Source: Burkholderiales bacterium
Lineage (GTDB): Bacteria; Pseudomonadota; Gammaproteobacteria; Burkholderiales; Burkholderiaceae_C
Direction of reading: 5' to 3'
NCBI GenBank assembly: GCA_038249905.1
Contig: JBBSCX010000001.1
Span: forward strand, 1-62,477
Length of the DNA stretch: 62,477 bases
Of the stretch, positions 1 to 14,242 are shown in pieces. The position numbers and the translations under genes are program-made. Position 1 is the stretch's first letter. Each line of letters opens with the position of its first letter. The notes beneath the pieces were generated by a model that was given only the letters and a program-made list of their open reading frames with translations, was not told the origin of the DNA and ran no database searches.

Positions 1-1
1 G

Positions 2-5866
<5,865 letters not shown>

Positions 5867-5883
5867 ACGCCGCGGCAGCCATG

Positions 5884-5909
5884 AAAAAGGCCGCCTCTGC
5901 GGCGGCCTT
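5884..5909 (-). terminator. Rho-independent terminator downstream of the PEP-CTERM gene (may be bidirectional with uvrA)
   Basis: AAGGCCGCC-TCTGC-GGCGGCCTT hairpin with an A5 run on + (U run on -). Confidence 0.75.
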
Positions 5910-5962
5910 CGGTGAGCGGGCCCGCGCGGGGCCGCTCGCTGTCTGGCTGCGGCTGTGACCGT

Positions 5963-6814
5963 TCAGGCCTGGGCCTTGCGGCGCCGGACGCCCACACCCG
6001 CCAGCAGCGCCAGTCCCACCAGGGCCAGGCTGCCGGGTTCGGGCACGTCGTTGCCCCGTGCCTGCAGCGGCGCGCTGGTGTACAGGCCCAGGTTGTCCAC
6101 CAGCAGGCGGTCTTGCGGGCTGCCGTCCAGTTCGGCGGCGCGCCAGCCGATGGTGCTGAAGCTGCTCAGCGTGGTGCTGCCCGTGGCGCGCACGTCGTAG
6201 CTGCCCAGGTTTGTCAGGTCGCTCTCGCTCGGGTCGACCCACAGATCGAAGCGGTTGTAGGTGCTTGCGGGGTTGGCGGGATTGGTCTTCTGCAGGTGGC
6301 CGACCAGGCGGTAGGTCTGCCCCATGTTCACCGCCGTCGTGAAGGTGCCGCCCGTGCCCGACAGACGCACGAACAGGTCGGCCGTGCAATTGCCGCTGCC
6401 GCAGTTGGTCTTCAGACCGATGTTGGGCACGGTGTTGCTGCCCGAGGAAGGTCCGAACCACATCGACAGGAAGTCGTTGTTGTTCATCTGCCCGCCGTCG
6501 AACTGGAACATGAAGTCGACCCAGACGTTGCCGCTGACGCTGGCGACCAGGCTGCGCGACGCGGCGTTGTCGCTGTTTCCGGCGAAGCCGAGCGCGTTGC
6601 CGGACATCGGCGAGTCGCTGCCGTCGGTGGCGCGCACGGCGACGACGCTGCTGCCGGTCCAGGCGCCGCCCCAGCCGCTGCCGCCGTTGCCGCCGGCGAT
6701 GCTGGCGCCCACGGTGTAGCTGTTGAAGTCGTCAAAGGCGATCGGCGCGGCCGATGCCAGGCCAGTGGCGGCCAGGGCGGTGGCGGCGAACAGGACGGTG
6801 ATGCGAGTTTTCAT
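5963..6814 (-). CDS. PEP-CTERM sorting domain-containing secreted protein
   Basis: Signal peptide MKTRITVLFAATALAATGLASA; C-terminus VPEPGSLALVGLALLAGVGVRRRK. Confidence 0.92.
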   Translation of the reverse strand: MKTRITVLFAATALAATGLASAAPIAFDDFNSYTVGASIAGGNGGSGWGGAWTGSSVVAVRATDGSDSPMSGNALGFAGNSDNAASRSLVASVSGNVWVDFMFQFDGGQMNNNDFLSMWFGPSSGSNTVPNIGLKTNCGSGNCTADLFVRLSGTGGTFTTAVNMGQTYRLVGHLQKTNPANPASTYNRFDLWVDPSESDLTNLGSYDVRATGSTTLSSFSTIGWRAAELDGSPQDRLLVDNLGLYTSAPLQARGNDVPEPGSLALVGLALLAGVGVRRRKAQA

Positions 6815-6853
6815 GGGGTTCGATTGTTCGAGTTAGGGGTTGACAAAGTCGAT

Positions 6854-6869
6854 TGCACTATCTGTGCCA
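6854..6869 (-). promoter_or_regulatory. Sigma54 (-24/-12) promoter of the PEP-CTERM gene
   Basis: Minus strand TGGCACAGATAGTGCA = GG-N10-GC, about 40 nt upstream of the ATG. Confidence 0.8.
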
Positions 6870-6887
6870 CAGGAAAAAGTTGTTTGT

Positions 6888-6900
6888 GATCAGGCACTTG
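6888..6900. promoter_or_regulatory. IHF-like site between sigma54 promoter and enhancer
   Basis: GATCAGGCACTTG vs consensus WATCARNNNNTTR, preceded by an AT-rich tract. Confidence 0.5.
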
Positions 6901-7549
6901 CCCCCTCGGCCCGCGAACCGGGGGTAAGGCTGTTGTCAAGCACGCCGACACCGATACCGACACCCTCGCCGCCACTGGCGCGGTGCAAATGGTCCAGCGC
7001 GCGCAGCTGCAACTGCAGGGCGTCGCCGTGGTCGCCGCAGCGGTCCAGCACGTCGCTGGCGCGCAGCAGCAGCGTGGCCGAGCACTGGCCGTCGGCGACG
7101 CGGTCGGCCATCACGGCGGCCTCGAAGGCATCGTCGCGCGCCCGGTCGCAGGCTGCGCGGGCGGCGCCGCTGCCATAGCCGCCATCGCCGCCGGCGCTGG
7201 AATTGGCCTGGGTCTCTTCGCCCAGCCGCACCTGGGTCTCGGCGCGTTCGCACAGCAATTCGGCCCGCGCGTCGCCGGCCGCCGTGCCATGCGTCCAGCG
7301 CAGCGCGGCGTCCAGGCAGTGCACCGCGGCGGGCAGCGCACCCAGCCGCCGGTAGGCACGCGCCAGCGTCAGCAGCGCCTGGGCGATGGCGGCGGGGTGG
7401 CCGGCGGCCTCGGCGCGGTCCAGGGCCGCGGCGGCGGCGCGCAGATCGTTGCGGACATCGCCCTCGGGCAGCGCGCGGGGTGCGGCGTGAGCGCGTTCTG
7501 CGCCTTGCGCTGCAGGGGCGGGACGGGTGGTGACGGTGGGTCTGGACAT
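6890..7549 (-). CDS. Hypothetical alpha-helical, TPR-like protein
   Basis: 219 aa Ala/Leu/Arg-rich helices such as AQALLTLARAYRRLGALPAAVHCLDAAL; co-oriented with the cluster. Confidence 0.6.
   Translation of the reverse strand: MSRPTVTTRPAPAAQGAERAHAAPRALPEGDVRNDLRAAAAALDRAEAAGHPAAIAQALLTLARAYRRLGALPAAVHCLDAALRWTHGTAAGDARAELLCERAETQVRLGEETQANSSAGGDGGYGSGAARAACDRARDDAFEAAVMADRVADGQCSATLLLRASDVLDRCGDHGDALQLQLRALDHLHRASGGEGVGIGVGVLDNSLTPGSRAEGASA
6934..6950. promoter_or_regulatory. Putative PEP-CTERM-box enhancer (PrsR-type sigma54 activator site)
   Basis: TGTCAAGCACGCCGACA (TGT-N11-ACA); related copies at 14171 and 15995, each upstream of PEP-CTERM sequences. Confidence 0.65.
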
Positions 7550-7652
7550 GCGTCCATGCTAGGCAGCCCACCGGGCACCGAGGGCCCCGCGGCCACGGGG
7601 GATGGCCGCGCAGGAAGTCACGCCGCGGCGCGGCGCGGCGGCCCGCAGGCGC

Positions 7653-8273
7653 TCAGCGGCGCTTCAACGCGGCTGTCAGCAGGGCCAGGCCGGCCAGCAG
7701 GCTGAAGACTGTGGCGGGCTCGGGCACGGCGCTGACGCCCAGTTCGAACAGGTAGGGCGCGTTGCCCGTGCTCAGTTCCTGCACCCAGAAGGTGTAGTTG
7801 CCGGCCGGCAAGGGGATGTCGAATCCGCTGGAACCCAGCCCCGGCACGGCCATGGCCAACAGCAGGTCGCTGCCGACATTGCCTTCCTCGTAGATGGTCC
7901 ACCCCAGCAGGCCGTCCGCCGTCGGGGTGTCGGGCGGGACAGTGAACAGCGAGCCGGCCATCATGCCCAGGAAGGCGCCGCCGCCGATGCCGCTCGACCC
8001 GGGCAACAGCAGCATCGAGTCCAGCGTGAAGCCGGCGGGCACGGCGACGGTGAAGTAGTCGAGGTCGACGAGACCGGTGAGCGCGTCGCGGCCCGTGCTG
8101 CCGATGATGAGGTTCGCGCCGCCCGCCAGGGCGACGAAGCTGGGCACCAGACCGTCGCCGGAAAAGTCGCCATTGACGCCTTCGTCCCACACCGTCGTGG
8201 CCTGCGCACCGGCGGCCAAGAAGGCTGCGGCGAGTGCCGCGGCGCGCAAAGGCATGTTTGCATTCAATGTCAT
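7653..8273 (-). CDS. PEP-CTERM sorting domain-containing secreted protein
   Basis: ATG at 8273 with GGAG 7 nt upstream; signal peptide ..LRAAALAAAFLAAGAQA; C-terminus VPEPATVFSLLAGLALLTAALKRR. Confidence 0.9.
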   Translation of the reverse strand: MTLNANMPLRAAALAAAFLAAGAQATTVWDEGVNGDFSGDGLVPSFVALAGGANLIIGSTGRDALTGLVDLDYFTVAVPAGFTLDSMLLLPGSSGIGGGAFLGMMAGSLFTVPPDTPTADGLLGWTIYEEGNVGSDLLLAMAVPGLGSSGFDIPLPAGNYTFWVQELSTGNAPYLFELGVSAVPEPATVFSLLAGLALLTAALKRR

Positions 8274-8549
8274 CTGGCGGCTCCAAAGGCGGTTCACGGT
8301 CGGCCGCCCAGTGTGTGCACCGGGGCGCGCGGATGCCACCGCGTGGATGGGGGTTGCGCTGACAGCCGTGGCCATGGCAGGCCGACGTCGCGGGCGACCT
8401 TCAAGTCGCAGTTCAGGCCGCTTGCGCTGACGACGGACGTGCCCCAGCGCGTGGTGCAAGGCCACAGCCCGGAGAGAGCGGGCATGCGCGCAACGCTACC
8501 GGCCAACCCGCGACAGACGGTGGTGGTGCCTGGCGCTGAATCTCCCGGC

Positions 8550-9189
8550 TCAGGCCCGGCCGCGGCGGGACATGCCACCCAGCAGTGCCATGCCGGCCAG
8601 CATCAGCGCCCAGCTGCCAGGCTCGGGCACGGCGCTGACCGAGACTTTGTCCAGCGCTGCGCCCCAGCCGATTTGCGGCGCCTGGGTCAGGCTGCGGAAC
8701 TCCAGCGTCGTCGTCGCGGCGATGGCGGTGAAGGACCAGCTTTGGGCCAGCCAGCCCATGTCGGCATTGCTGCGGCCGTTGATGTCGAAGGTGAAGTCCT
8801 GCGACTGCCCGGCTGCAGAAACACGCATGGGCTTGAGGGTGGCGGCGTTGTTGGTGTTGCCAGCCAGATCGAATCGGACAAGGTACGGCGTCCCCGGCGT
8901 GGTGGCGAAGCCTTGTGCCACGCCGCCGTTGGTGTGCGGGAAGCTGCTGCCGTCCAGGTCGATGGGACGGCTGCCGTCAGAGGCTGCCCACAAGCTGCCG
9001 ACGCAGTCGATCGTGGTGCCGGTGACGGTCCAGCCCGTGATGGCGGTCGACCCGTCCGTCAGATTGACTGACGAACAGGCCCGGCGAGGGGCTGGCTTCG
9101 AAGCTGCCGTTGGTCAGCAGGTTGGCCTGGGCGCCCGGCGACAAGGCGCACAGCAGGACGACCAGCGGGTTGAGACGTGAACGTGACAT
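8550..9189 (-). pseudogene. Frameshifted PEP-CTERM protein with DUF642/choice-of-anchor C-like domain
   Basis: N-terminal ORF 8977..9189 (signal peptide, NLLTNGSFE) and C-terminal ORF 8550..8993 (IDLDG..GGVAQ..FDLAGN..VPEPGSWALMLAG) join in frame if one copy of a 4-bp duplication at 9065-9072 is removed. Confidence 0.85.
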
Positions 9190-9213
9190 GGCAATCGCCT
9201 CGTGGGGTGTGTT

Positions 9214-9839
9214 TCAGCGGGGCCGACGGCGATGCACCAGACCACCCAGCGCCAGCATCCCGGCGGCCATCAGCGCCCAGCTGCCCGGCTCCGGCACGGC
9301 CGAGAGGCGGAAATTGTCGAAGCCGGCCAGCTCGACGATGTCGTCGTTGAACTCCAGCGTGACCGTCATCGCGGTGACATTGACCAGGGCGCCCGCAAGG
9401 TTGCCCGACCAGGCGGGCACGTCCAGCGCTGCGGCGTAGGAGAGCCAGCCCGCGCCTGGCGCTGGGCGGCCGGGACCAAGCCCGGCGACGTCGCGCCAAG
9501 CCGATCCGCCCGACCCGGTGATCGTGACGCGGCCGAACCAGGGCGCCGAGCCCAGGTTGGCCGCGACGCCATTGAGGTTGCGGCCGTCGAATGAGAGCGT
9601 GCCGCCCAAATAGGCCGACAAGTGCCGCGAAAGGCGACCGGGGCGACCACACTCATCTACGTGTTCTGCGTGTCCAGCTGCTGCAGGTGAGAGCCGGCCG
9701 CGTGGCTGACGGTGCCACCCAGGCCGGTCCAGCCTTCCAGGCCGGTGTCGAAGGTGCTGACGATGTCGGCGCGGGCGGCGGTCGAGAGGCTGAGTGTGGC
9801 CAGCCTCAGCGCCGCTGCGGCGAACTGGGTTTGGATCAT
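9214..9839 (-). pseudogene. Disrupted PEP-CTERM protein with laminin B-like domain
   Basis: ATG at 9839 with GGAG; signal peptide + STFDTGLEGW; in-frame TAG at 9657-9659; frameshift near 9622 breaking AP..F.G(D)LSAYLGGTLSFD; ends FDNFRLSAVPEPGSWALMAAG. Confidence 0.8.
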
Positions 9840-9927
9840 GTGCGTGCTCCGGGGCAGGAAGGTGGCAGCCGCAGGCGCGTGTCCTGCGGAGTGCCCGGGA
9901 TCGGGCCAGGGCACTGTCGGCCCTGGC

Positions 9928-9945
9928 CGTTGCAGCGCCGTTGCA
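9928..9945 (-). promoter_or_regulatory. TGCAACG direct repeat, 11-bp period; candidate SARP/BTAD activator site
   Basis: Plus-strand CGTTGCA at 9928-9934 and 9939-9945; same arrangement at 13917-13934. Confidence 0.55.
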
Positions 9946-9960
9946 ACGCCTGATCTGGGT

Positions 9961-12900
9961 TCAGGCCAGCCAGGTGGCGCGGAAGCTGGCCTGCACCAGC
10001 GGCCAGGCGCTCAAACCCTCGGCCAGCTGCGCCACGCGTGCCTGCAGGTCGACAGCGCCCAGCGCACGCGCCAGTTGCAGCGCGGCGCCGGCATGCGCCT
10101 GGGGATCGGCCAGGGCCTGGCGCGCACGCTCGTGCAGCGCTGGCATGTCCGGCTGGGCGCCGGCCACACATCGCAGGGCCAGGGCGCGCAGCCGCAATTC
10201 GTCGTTCATGCCCAGGGCACCGTCGGCCGGCAGCATGCTCAGTGCCTGGGCGCCGTGGCCGGCCGCCAGGCGCTGCTCCGCCCGCAGCAGCGCCAGGCGG
10301 CAGCGCACGCGTGGCTGTTCCAGTTCGTCGTCGGGCCGCAATCGGTCCAGCCAGGCGGCGGCCGCTGCCGGATCGCTCTGCAGCAAGGCGGCCTGGGCGC
10401 AGGCCAGCCAGACCTCGTCGCTGCCGGCAAGTTCAGCGGTCAGCCCCCCGGCAATCGCCTGCACCAGCGCTTGTGCACGCGGCCACTGGCCCAACATCGC
10501 CAAAGGTACCAGTGTCGCGTTGGCCACGCCCAGCATCGACAGTGGCTGTGCCATGGCCAACACCTCGCCCAGGGCTTGCGAGGCGTGTTCCCAGACCAGG
10601 CCCCACTCGCCGCGGGCGAAGTGCGATTCGACGAACAGCGCGCGGAACATCACCGTGAACTCGTCGGCGCGCGAGCCCGGCGCCAAGGGCCAGCCCTCGC
10701 GTGCGGCCGCCAGCGCATCGTCGGGCCGGGTCTGCACCGAAAAATTGCTGGCTAGATTGAACAACGCCACCCGCTGAAGCGGCACATTGCCCCAGCGCGC
10801 GGCCAATGCAGCGGCTTCGCGCAAATCGACCTCAGCGGCGGCATGGTCGCCAACTTCCGACTGAAAGCAACCGCGGAACACCAACGCACGCGCCAGGCCC
10901 AGCCCATCGTCCAAGCGCAAGTACAGCGCCACGCTGGCGCTGGCGCTCTCGACAGCCGCATTCGGTCGGCCGCCGGCGTGCTCGATGGTCGAGAGCGAGG
11001 CCAGCAGCTGCGCGCGTTCGCGTCCTGTGGGCGATGTCAACAACAAGGCTTCGGCGCAATCGTTGCGCGAGTCGTCAAGGCGCCCGAGACGGTGCAGCGC
11101 GGCCATGCGCACCAAAAGCCATGGCAGGCGCTGCGGATCGCCGCGCGGCGGGGTCAGACTGTCGAGCATGGGCAGCGCGGCTTGGCCGCGGCCGCTGAAG
11201 GTGAGGTAGCGCGCCAAGCCAAGCCGTGCCTCGGTGAGCATGTCGGACGTGAGGGTGGCGTTCTGAAGCAGCGAATGCAAACGGTCATGGCAGGTCTGTG
11301 CGTCTTCGGGCTGCCCTAGCGCCCAGTTGATCTCGCACAGGCGCACGAGCAGCGCGGCTTCGTCCGCCACCGTGGGCTGGTTGGCAAGCCCTTGACGCCA
11401 GTGGCGTGCAGCTTCGGCCAGCGCTTGCAGCGCATGCGCAGCATTGCCCGCCGCCAGCCGGTGTGGCGCCGCCCGCGCGGGCTCGCCACAGGCCTCGAAG
11501 TGCAGCGCCGCCGCCGCGCTGGTTCCCTGCCCCTGGGCGGCCAGGGCCAGCCGGTGGTGCATCAGCCGCCGCCGAGCGGGCGCCAGGGCCGATTCCAGCG
11601 CCTGGCGCGCCAGGTCGTGGCCCCACGCATAGCCGCCTTCTTCGTGCGCCCGCACCAGCTGCGCCTGCGCTGCTTGCTCGAGCGCGGCGACGGCGTCCAG
11701 CTCGGACATCGCGCAGGCCGAGGCCAGCAGGGCCGCGCCGAAGGGCTCACCTGCCAGTGCGGCGGCGTCCAGCAGCCGGCTCGTAGCGGCGCCCAGGCGG
11801 CGCACCCGCGCCAGCACGGCATCGCGCACGCTGGCGGCCATGGGCAGCTCGCGGTAATCCTGGGTCACGTCGTCGAACGGCGTGCGCCAGCGGCCGCCCG
11901 CGTCGACCGCCAGCAACGAGCTCTCGGCCAGGTCGCGCAGGGTCTCGGCGATGAAGTAGGCATTGCCGCCGGTGGCGCGGGCGAGCCGGTCCGTGAAGCG
12001 TGCGGGATCGGCCGCGCCCGACAGCCGCTGCACCAGCTCGTAGACCGCCGCCGGCGGCAGCGGCTGCACCGCCACGGGCACCGCGTCCAGCGCCTCGCGC
12101 AGGGCCTGCAGCGCCGCGCCGTCCTCGTCGCGGCACACCACCAGCTCGATCGGCCCGGCCCCGCCCTGCTCGAGGCGGCGCGCCGCCACCCGCGCCAGCA
12201 GCGCGCGGCTGTCGGCATCGGCATGGTGCCAGTCGTCGAGCACGATGGCGTCGAAGCTGTCGGCTGCCAGCGCGCCCCAGGCCTGCAGACAGGCCTCGTC
12301 CAGGCGCAGCCGCTCGCCCGGCGTGCGCAGTGGCGGCGGCGCGAGGCCGAGTTCGGGTAACAGCCGCGTCAGCTCGGCCACCACCCAGGCGGGCAGGCCG
12401 CGCAGGTCGGGCGGCTGACCGGCCAGCACCCGCAGCGCACGGGCAAAGGCGCCGAAGGCTGTTTCGCGGTCACCAGGCCGGCAGCGCACCAGCGCGTACG
12501 GACCCTGCGCGGTGGCAAAGTCGACCGCCAGCCGGGTCTTGCCTACCCCGGCCTCGCCGCTGATCAGCAGCGTGGCACGGGCCGCCCAGCCCGCCTGCAA
12601 GCGGGCGACATCGGCGTGGCGGCCGACAAAGGGCAGCTGCGCCGGCCAATTGGGCGGCAAAGGCACGGCCGGTGGTGCTGCTGACGGCACGGGCGCCACC
12701 GCAGCACCGGCGCTGCTTTCGCCGCGCAGCGAACGGGCCAGCGCCACGGTCTCGGCCATCGGCTGCAGGCCGAGTTCCGCCGCCAGCAGGGACCGGCAGA
12801 CGTCGAACTGGCGCAGCGCGGCCTCGCGCTCACCGTTGGCGGCCAACAGGCGCATCGCCTCGCGTTGGTGGCGTTCCTGCAAGCCGTCTTCAGTCAGCAG

Positions 12901-13425
12901 TGCCTGCACATGGGCCAGCGCCGCGGCCAGGTCGCCCCGCACCTCGGCCGCCGCGGCGGCAGCCTCCCGCGCCCGCAGGCGCAGCCGTTCGGCACGTTCA
13001 CGTGCGGCCGCCAGCCAGGGCGCAAAGGCGGGCGTGCTGTCGGCGTGCAGGCCTTCGGCGAAATCGCCCTGCCAGGCGGCCAGCGCGGCCTCGGGCGCGC
13101 CCCGGGCCAGTGCGGCTTCGGCCTGCAACAGGTCACAGGACAGGGCAGGGCCGGGCCGCAGGTGGTCGCCGTCGGCCAACACAGCCTCGGGCGCGCCGGC
13201 CTCGCGCAGGCGCGCCAGTTCGCGGCGGAGGTTGCGGCGCGCCGCGGGCTCGTCGAGCCCCGGCCACAGCAGCGCACACAGGCGCTCGCGGCTGGCACCC
13301 CCGTCCAGCACCAACAGCATCAGCAAGGCCTGCGCTTTGCGTGTGCCCAGGGCCAGGGGGCGACCGGCCCGGCACAGCTGCACGGGGCCCAACACACGCA
13401 ATTCCAGCCCCGCCGCTTGATTCAC
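9961..13425 (-). CDS. SARP/BTAD-family transcriptional regulator with STAND-like AAA ATPase and TPR-like C-terminus
   Basis: N-terminal LRVLGP..RKAQALL..SRERLCALLWP..ARRNLR (wHTH); BTAD E..QREAMRLLA..G..EAALRQF..L.AELGLQP; FVGR, Walker A GEAGVGKT, Walker B IVLDDWH, TGGNAYF; helical C-terminal repeats. Confidence 0.9.
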   Translation of the reverse strand: MNQAAGLELRVLGPVQLCRAGRPLALGTRKAQALLMLLVLDGGASRERLCALLWPGLDEPAARRNLRRELARLREAGAPEAVLADGDHLRPGPALSCDLLQAEAALARGAPEAALAAWQGDFAEGLHADSTPAFAPWLAAARERAERLRLRAREAAAAAAEVRGDLAAALAHVQALLTEDGLQERHQREAMRLLAANGEREAALRQFDVCRSLLAAELGLQPMAETVALARSLRGESSAGAAVAPVPSAAPPAVPLPPNWPAQLPFVGRHADVARLQAGWAARATLLISGEAGVGKTRLAVDFATAQGPYALVRCRPGDRETAFGAFARALRVLAGQPPDLRGLPAWVVAELTRLLPELGLAPPPLRTPGERLRLDEACLQAWGALAADSFDAIVLDDWHHADADSRALLARVAARRLEQGGAGPIELVVCRDEDGAALQALREALDAVPVAVQPLPPAAVYELVQRLSGAADPARFTDRLARATGGNAYFIAETLRDLAESSLLAVDAGGRWRTPFDDVTQDYRELPMAASVRDAVLARVRRLGAATSRLLDAAALAGEPFGAALLASACAMSELDAVAALEQAAQAQLVRAHEEGGYAWGHDLARQALESALAPARRRLMHHRLALAAQGQGTSAAAALHFEACGEPARAAPHRLAAGNAAHALQALAEAARHWRQGLANQPTVADEAALLVRLCEINWALGQPEDAQTCHDRLHSLLQNATLTSDMLTEARLGLARYLTFSGRGQAALPMLDSLTPPRGDPQRLPWLLVRMAALHRLGRLDDSRNDCAEALLLTSPTGRERAQLLASLSTIEHAGGRPNAAVESASASVALYLRLDDGLGLARALVFRGCFQSEVGDHAAAEVDLREAAALAARWGNVPLQRVALFNLASNFSVQTRPDDALAAAREGWPLAPGSRADEFTVMFRALFVESHFARGEWGLVWEHASQALGEVLAMAQPLSMLGVANATLVPLAMLGQWPRAQALVQAIAGGLTAELAGSDEVWLACAQAALLQSDPAAAAAWLDRLRPDDELEQPRVRCRLALLRAEQRLAAGHGAQALSMLPADGALGMNDELRLRALALRCVAGAQPDMPALHERARQALADPQAHAGAALQLARALGAVDLQARVAQLAEGLSAWPLVQASFRATWLA

Positions 13426-13444
13426 ACGGGCATTGTGCGTGGGC

Positions 13445-13648
13445 TCATCGCAGGCCCGAATCGGACGGCGCCAGCGGGGCCGGGCCGGTCAGGAAACCCA
13501 CCAGCTGGGAGGGACTGTCGAAGTCATGCGGGCTGCCGTCGTAAAGAACCGCGCGGGCACTGAATGCGCCCGGCCGTGGCGACCACACGGTCAGCCGGCA
13601 GCGGTGGGCCGGCGCCGCTGCGCGCAGGGTTTCGACCGCTGCGTTCAC
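13445..13648 (-). CDS. Small hypothetical protein immediately upstream of the BTAD regulator
   Basis: 67 aa, GTG start, stop 19 nt before the regulator start; non-random looking RCRLTVW..FSARAVL..FDSPSQLVGFL. Confidence 0.55.
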   Translation of the reverse strand: MNAAVETLRAAAPAHRCRLTVWSPRPGAFSARAVLYDGSPHDFDSPSQLVGFLTGPAPLAPSDSGLR

Positions 13649-13850
13649 CGCGTTACCCAGCTCCGGCGGCGTGGGGACAGCAGTGCAGCGCCGCCCAGCA
13701 ACTGCGCCCAGGTGGCGGGCTCGGGCACCGCGCTGATCGAGGCGCCATCGATGAATGCGCCAGCCGCGTTATCTGCACACCGTTCGGGCCGGGGTTGCCG
13801 GACCTCCAGAATCGCACCAAAGCCGTGCAGCGTCGGGGTTTTTGGGGCAT
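13645..13850 (-). pseudogene. Degenerate PEP-CTERM gene remnant
   Basis: Tail FIDGASISAVPEPATWAQLLGGAALL..RRR; AGGAG + ATG at 13850 lies in another frame; far too short for a complete gene. Confidence 0.6.
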
Positions 13851-13916
13851 CAATATGCGCGCGCTCCTGCAGAAGACCCAGTGCCCTCTGTCGTGGCGTC
13901 GATTGGAGAGCCAGCC

Positions 13917-13934
13917 CGTTGCATGAGCGTTGCA
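13917..13934 (-). promoter_or_regulatory. Second TGCAACG direct repeat, 11-bp period
   Basis: Plus-strand CGTTGCA at 13917-13923 and 13928-13934. Confidence 0.55.
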
Positions 13935-14126
13935 AACGGACAAGGCGCATCAGCGCACTTCTGCCGCTTCACGCGCAGCGCTGACGAACTCGCGGCGATG
14001 ACCGGCGCCAACCCTGCGTTCGCCGCGGCCACCAACCCGGTGATGAACCTGCCGCCGCCGGGCTTGCTGCGCCGCGCCGTTGCGCCAGCCAGGCTCAGGG
14101 CCAGCGCGGCCAACGCCAGGCTGTGA

Positions 14127-14187
14127 AATCAGGGACTTGTGCTTCAGTCCCCCAACGCGGGAAGGGGCGTTGTCAAGGTTCTCGACA
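14127..14187. promoter_or_regulatory. IHF-consensus site plus PEP-CTERM-box-like enhancer
   Basis: AATCAGGGACTTG (14127-14139) matches WATCARNNNNTTR; TGTCAAGGTTCTCGACA (14171-14187); spacing nearly identical to 6888-6950. Confidence 0.6.
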
Positions 14188-14242
14188 GTCAGCCGGTCTT
14201 CGTCGAGAGGCGTGCACGCACCGCTGAAGCCACCAGGGCCGG

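Noticed and set aside
9657-9659. Programmed TAG read-through in the laminin-B-like gene
   Set aside because: A second lesion (frameshift) lies about 35 nt downstream, so simple pseudogenisation is more likely
13850-14113. 87-aa ORF as signal-peptide half of the PEP-CTERM remnant
   Set aside because: Ala-rich but no RBS or convincing motif, and it spans the heptamer-repeat promoter region
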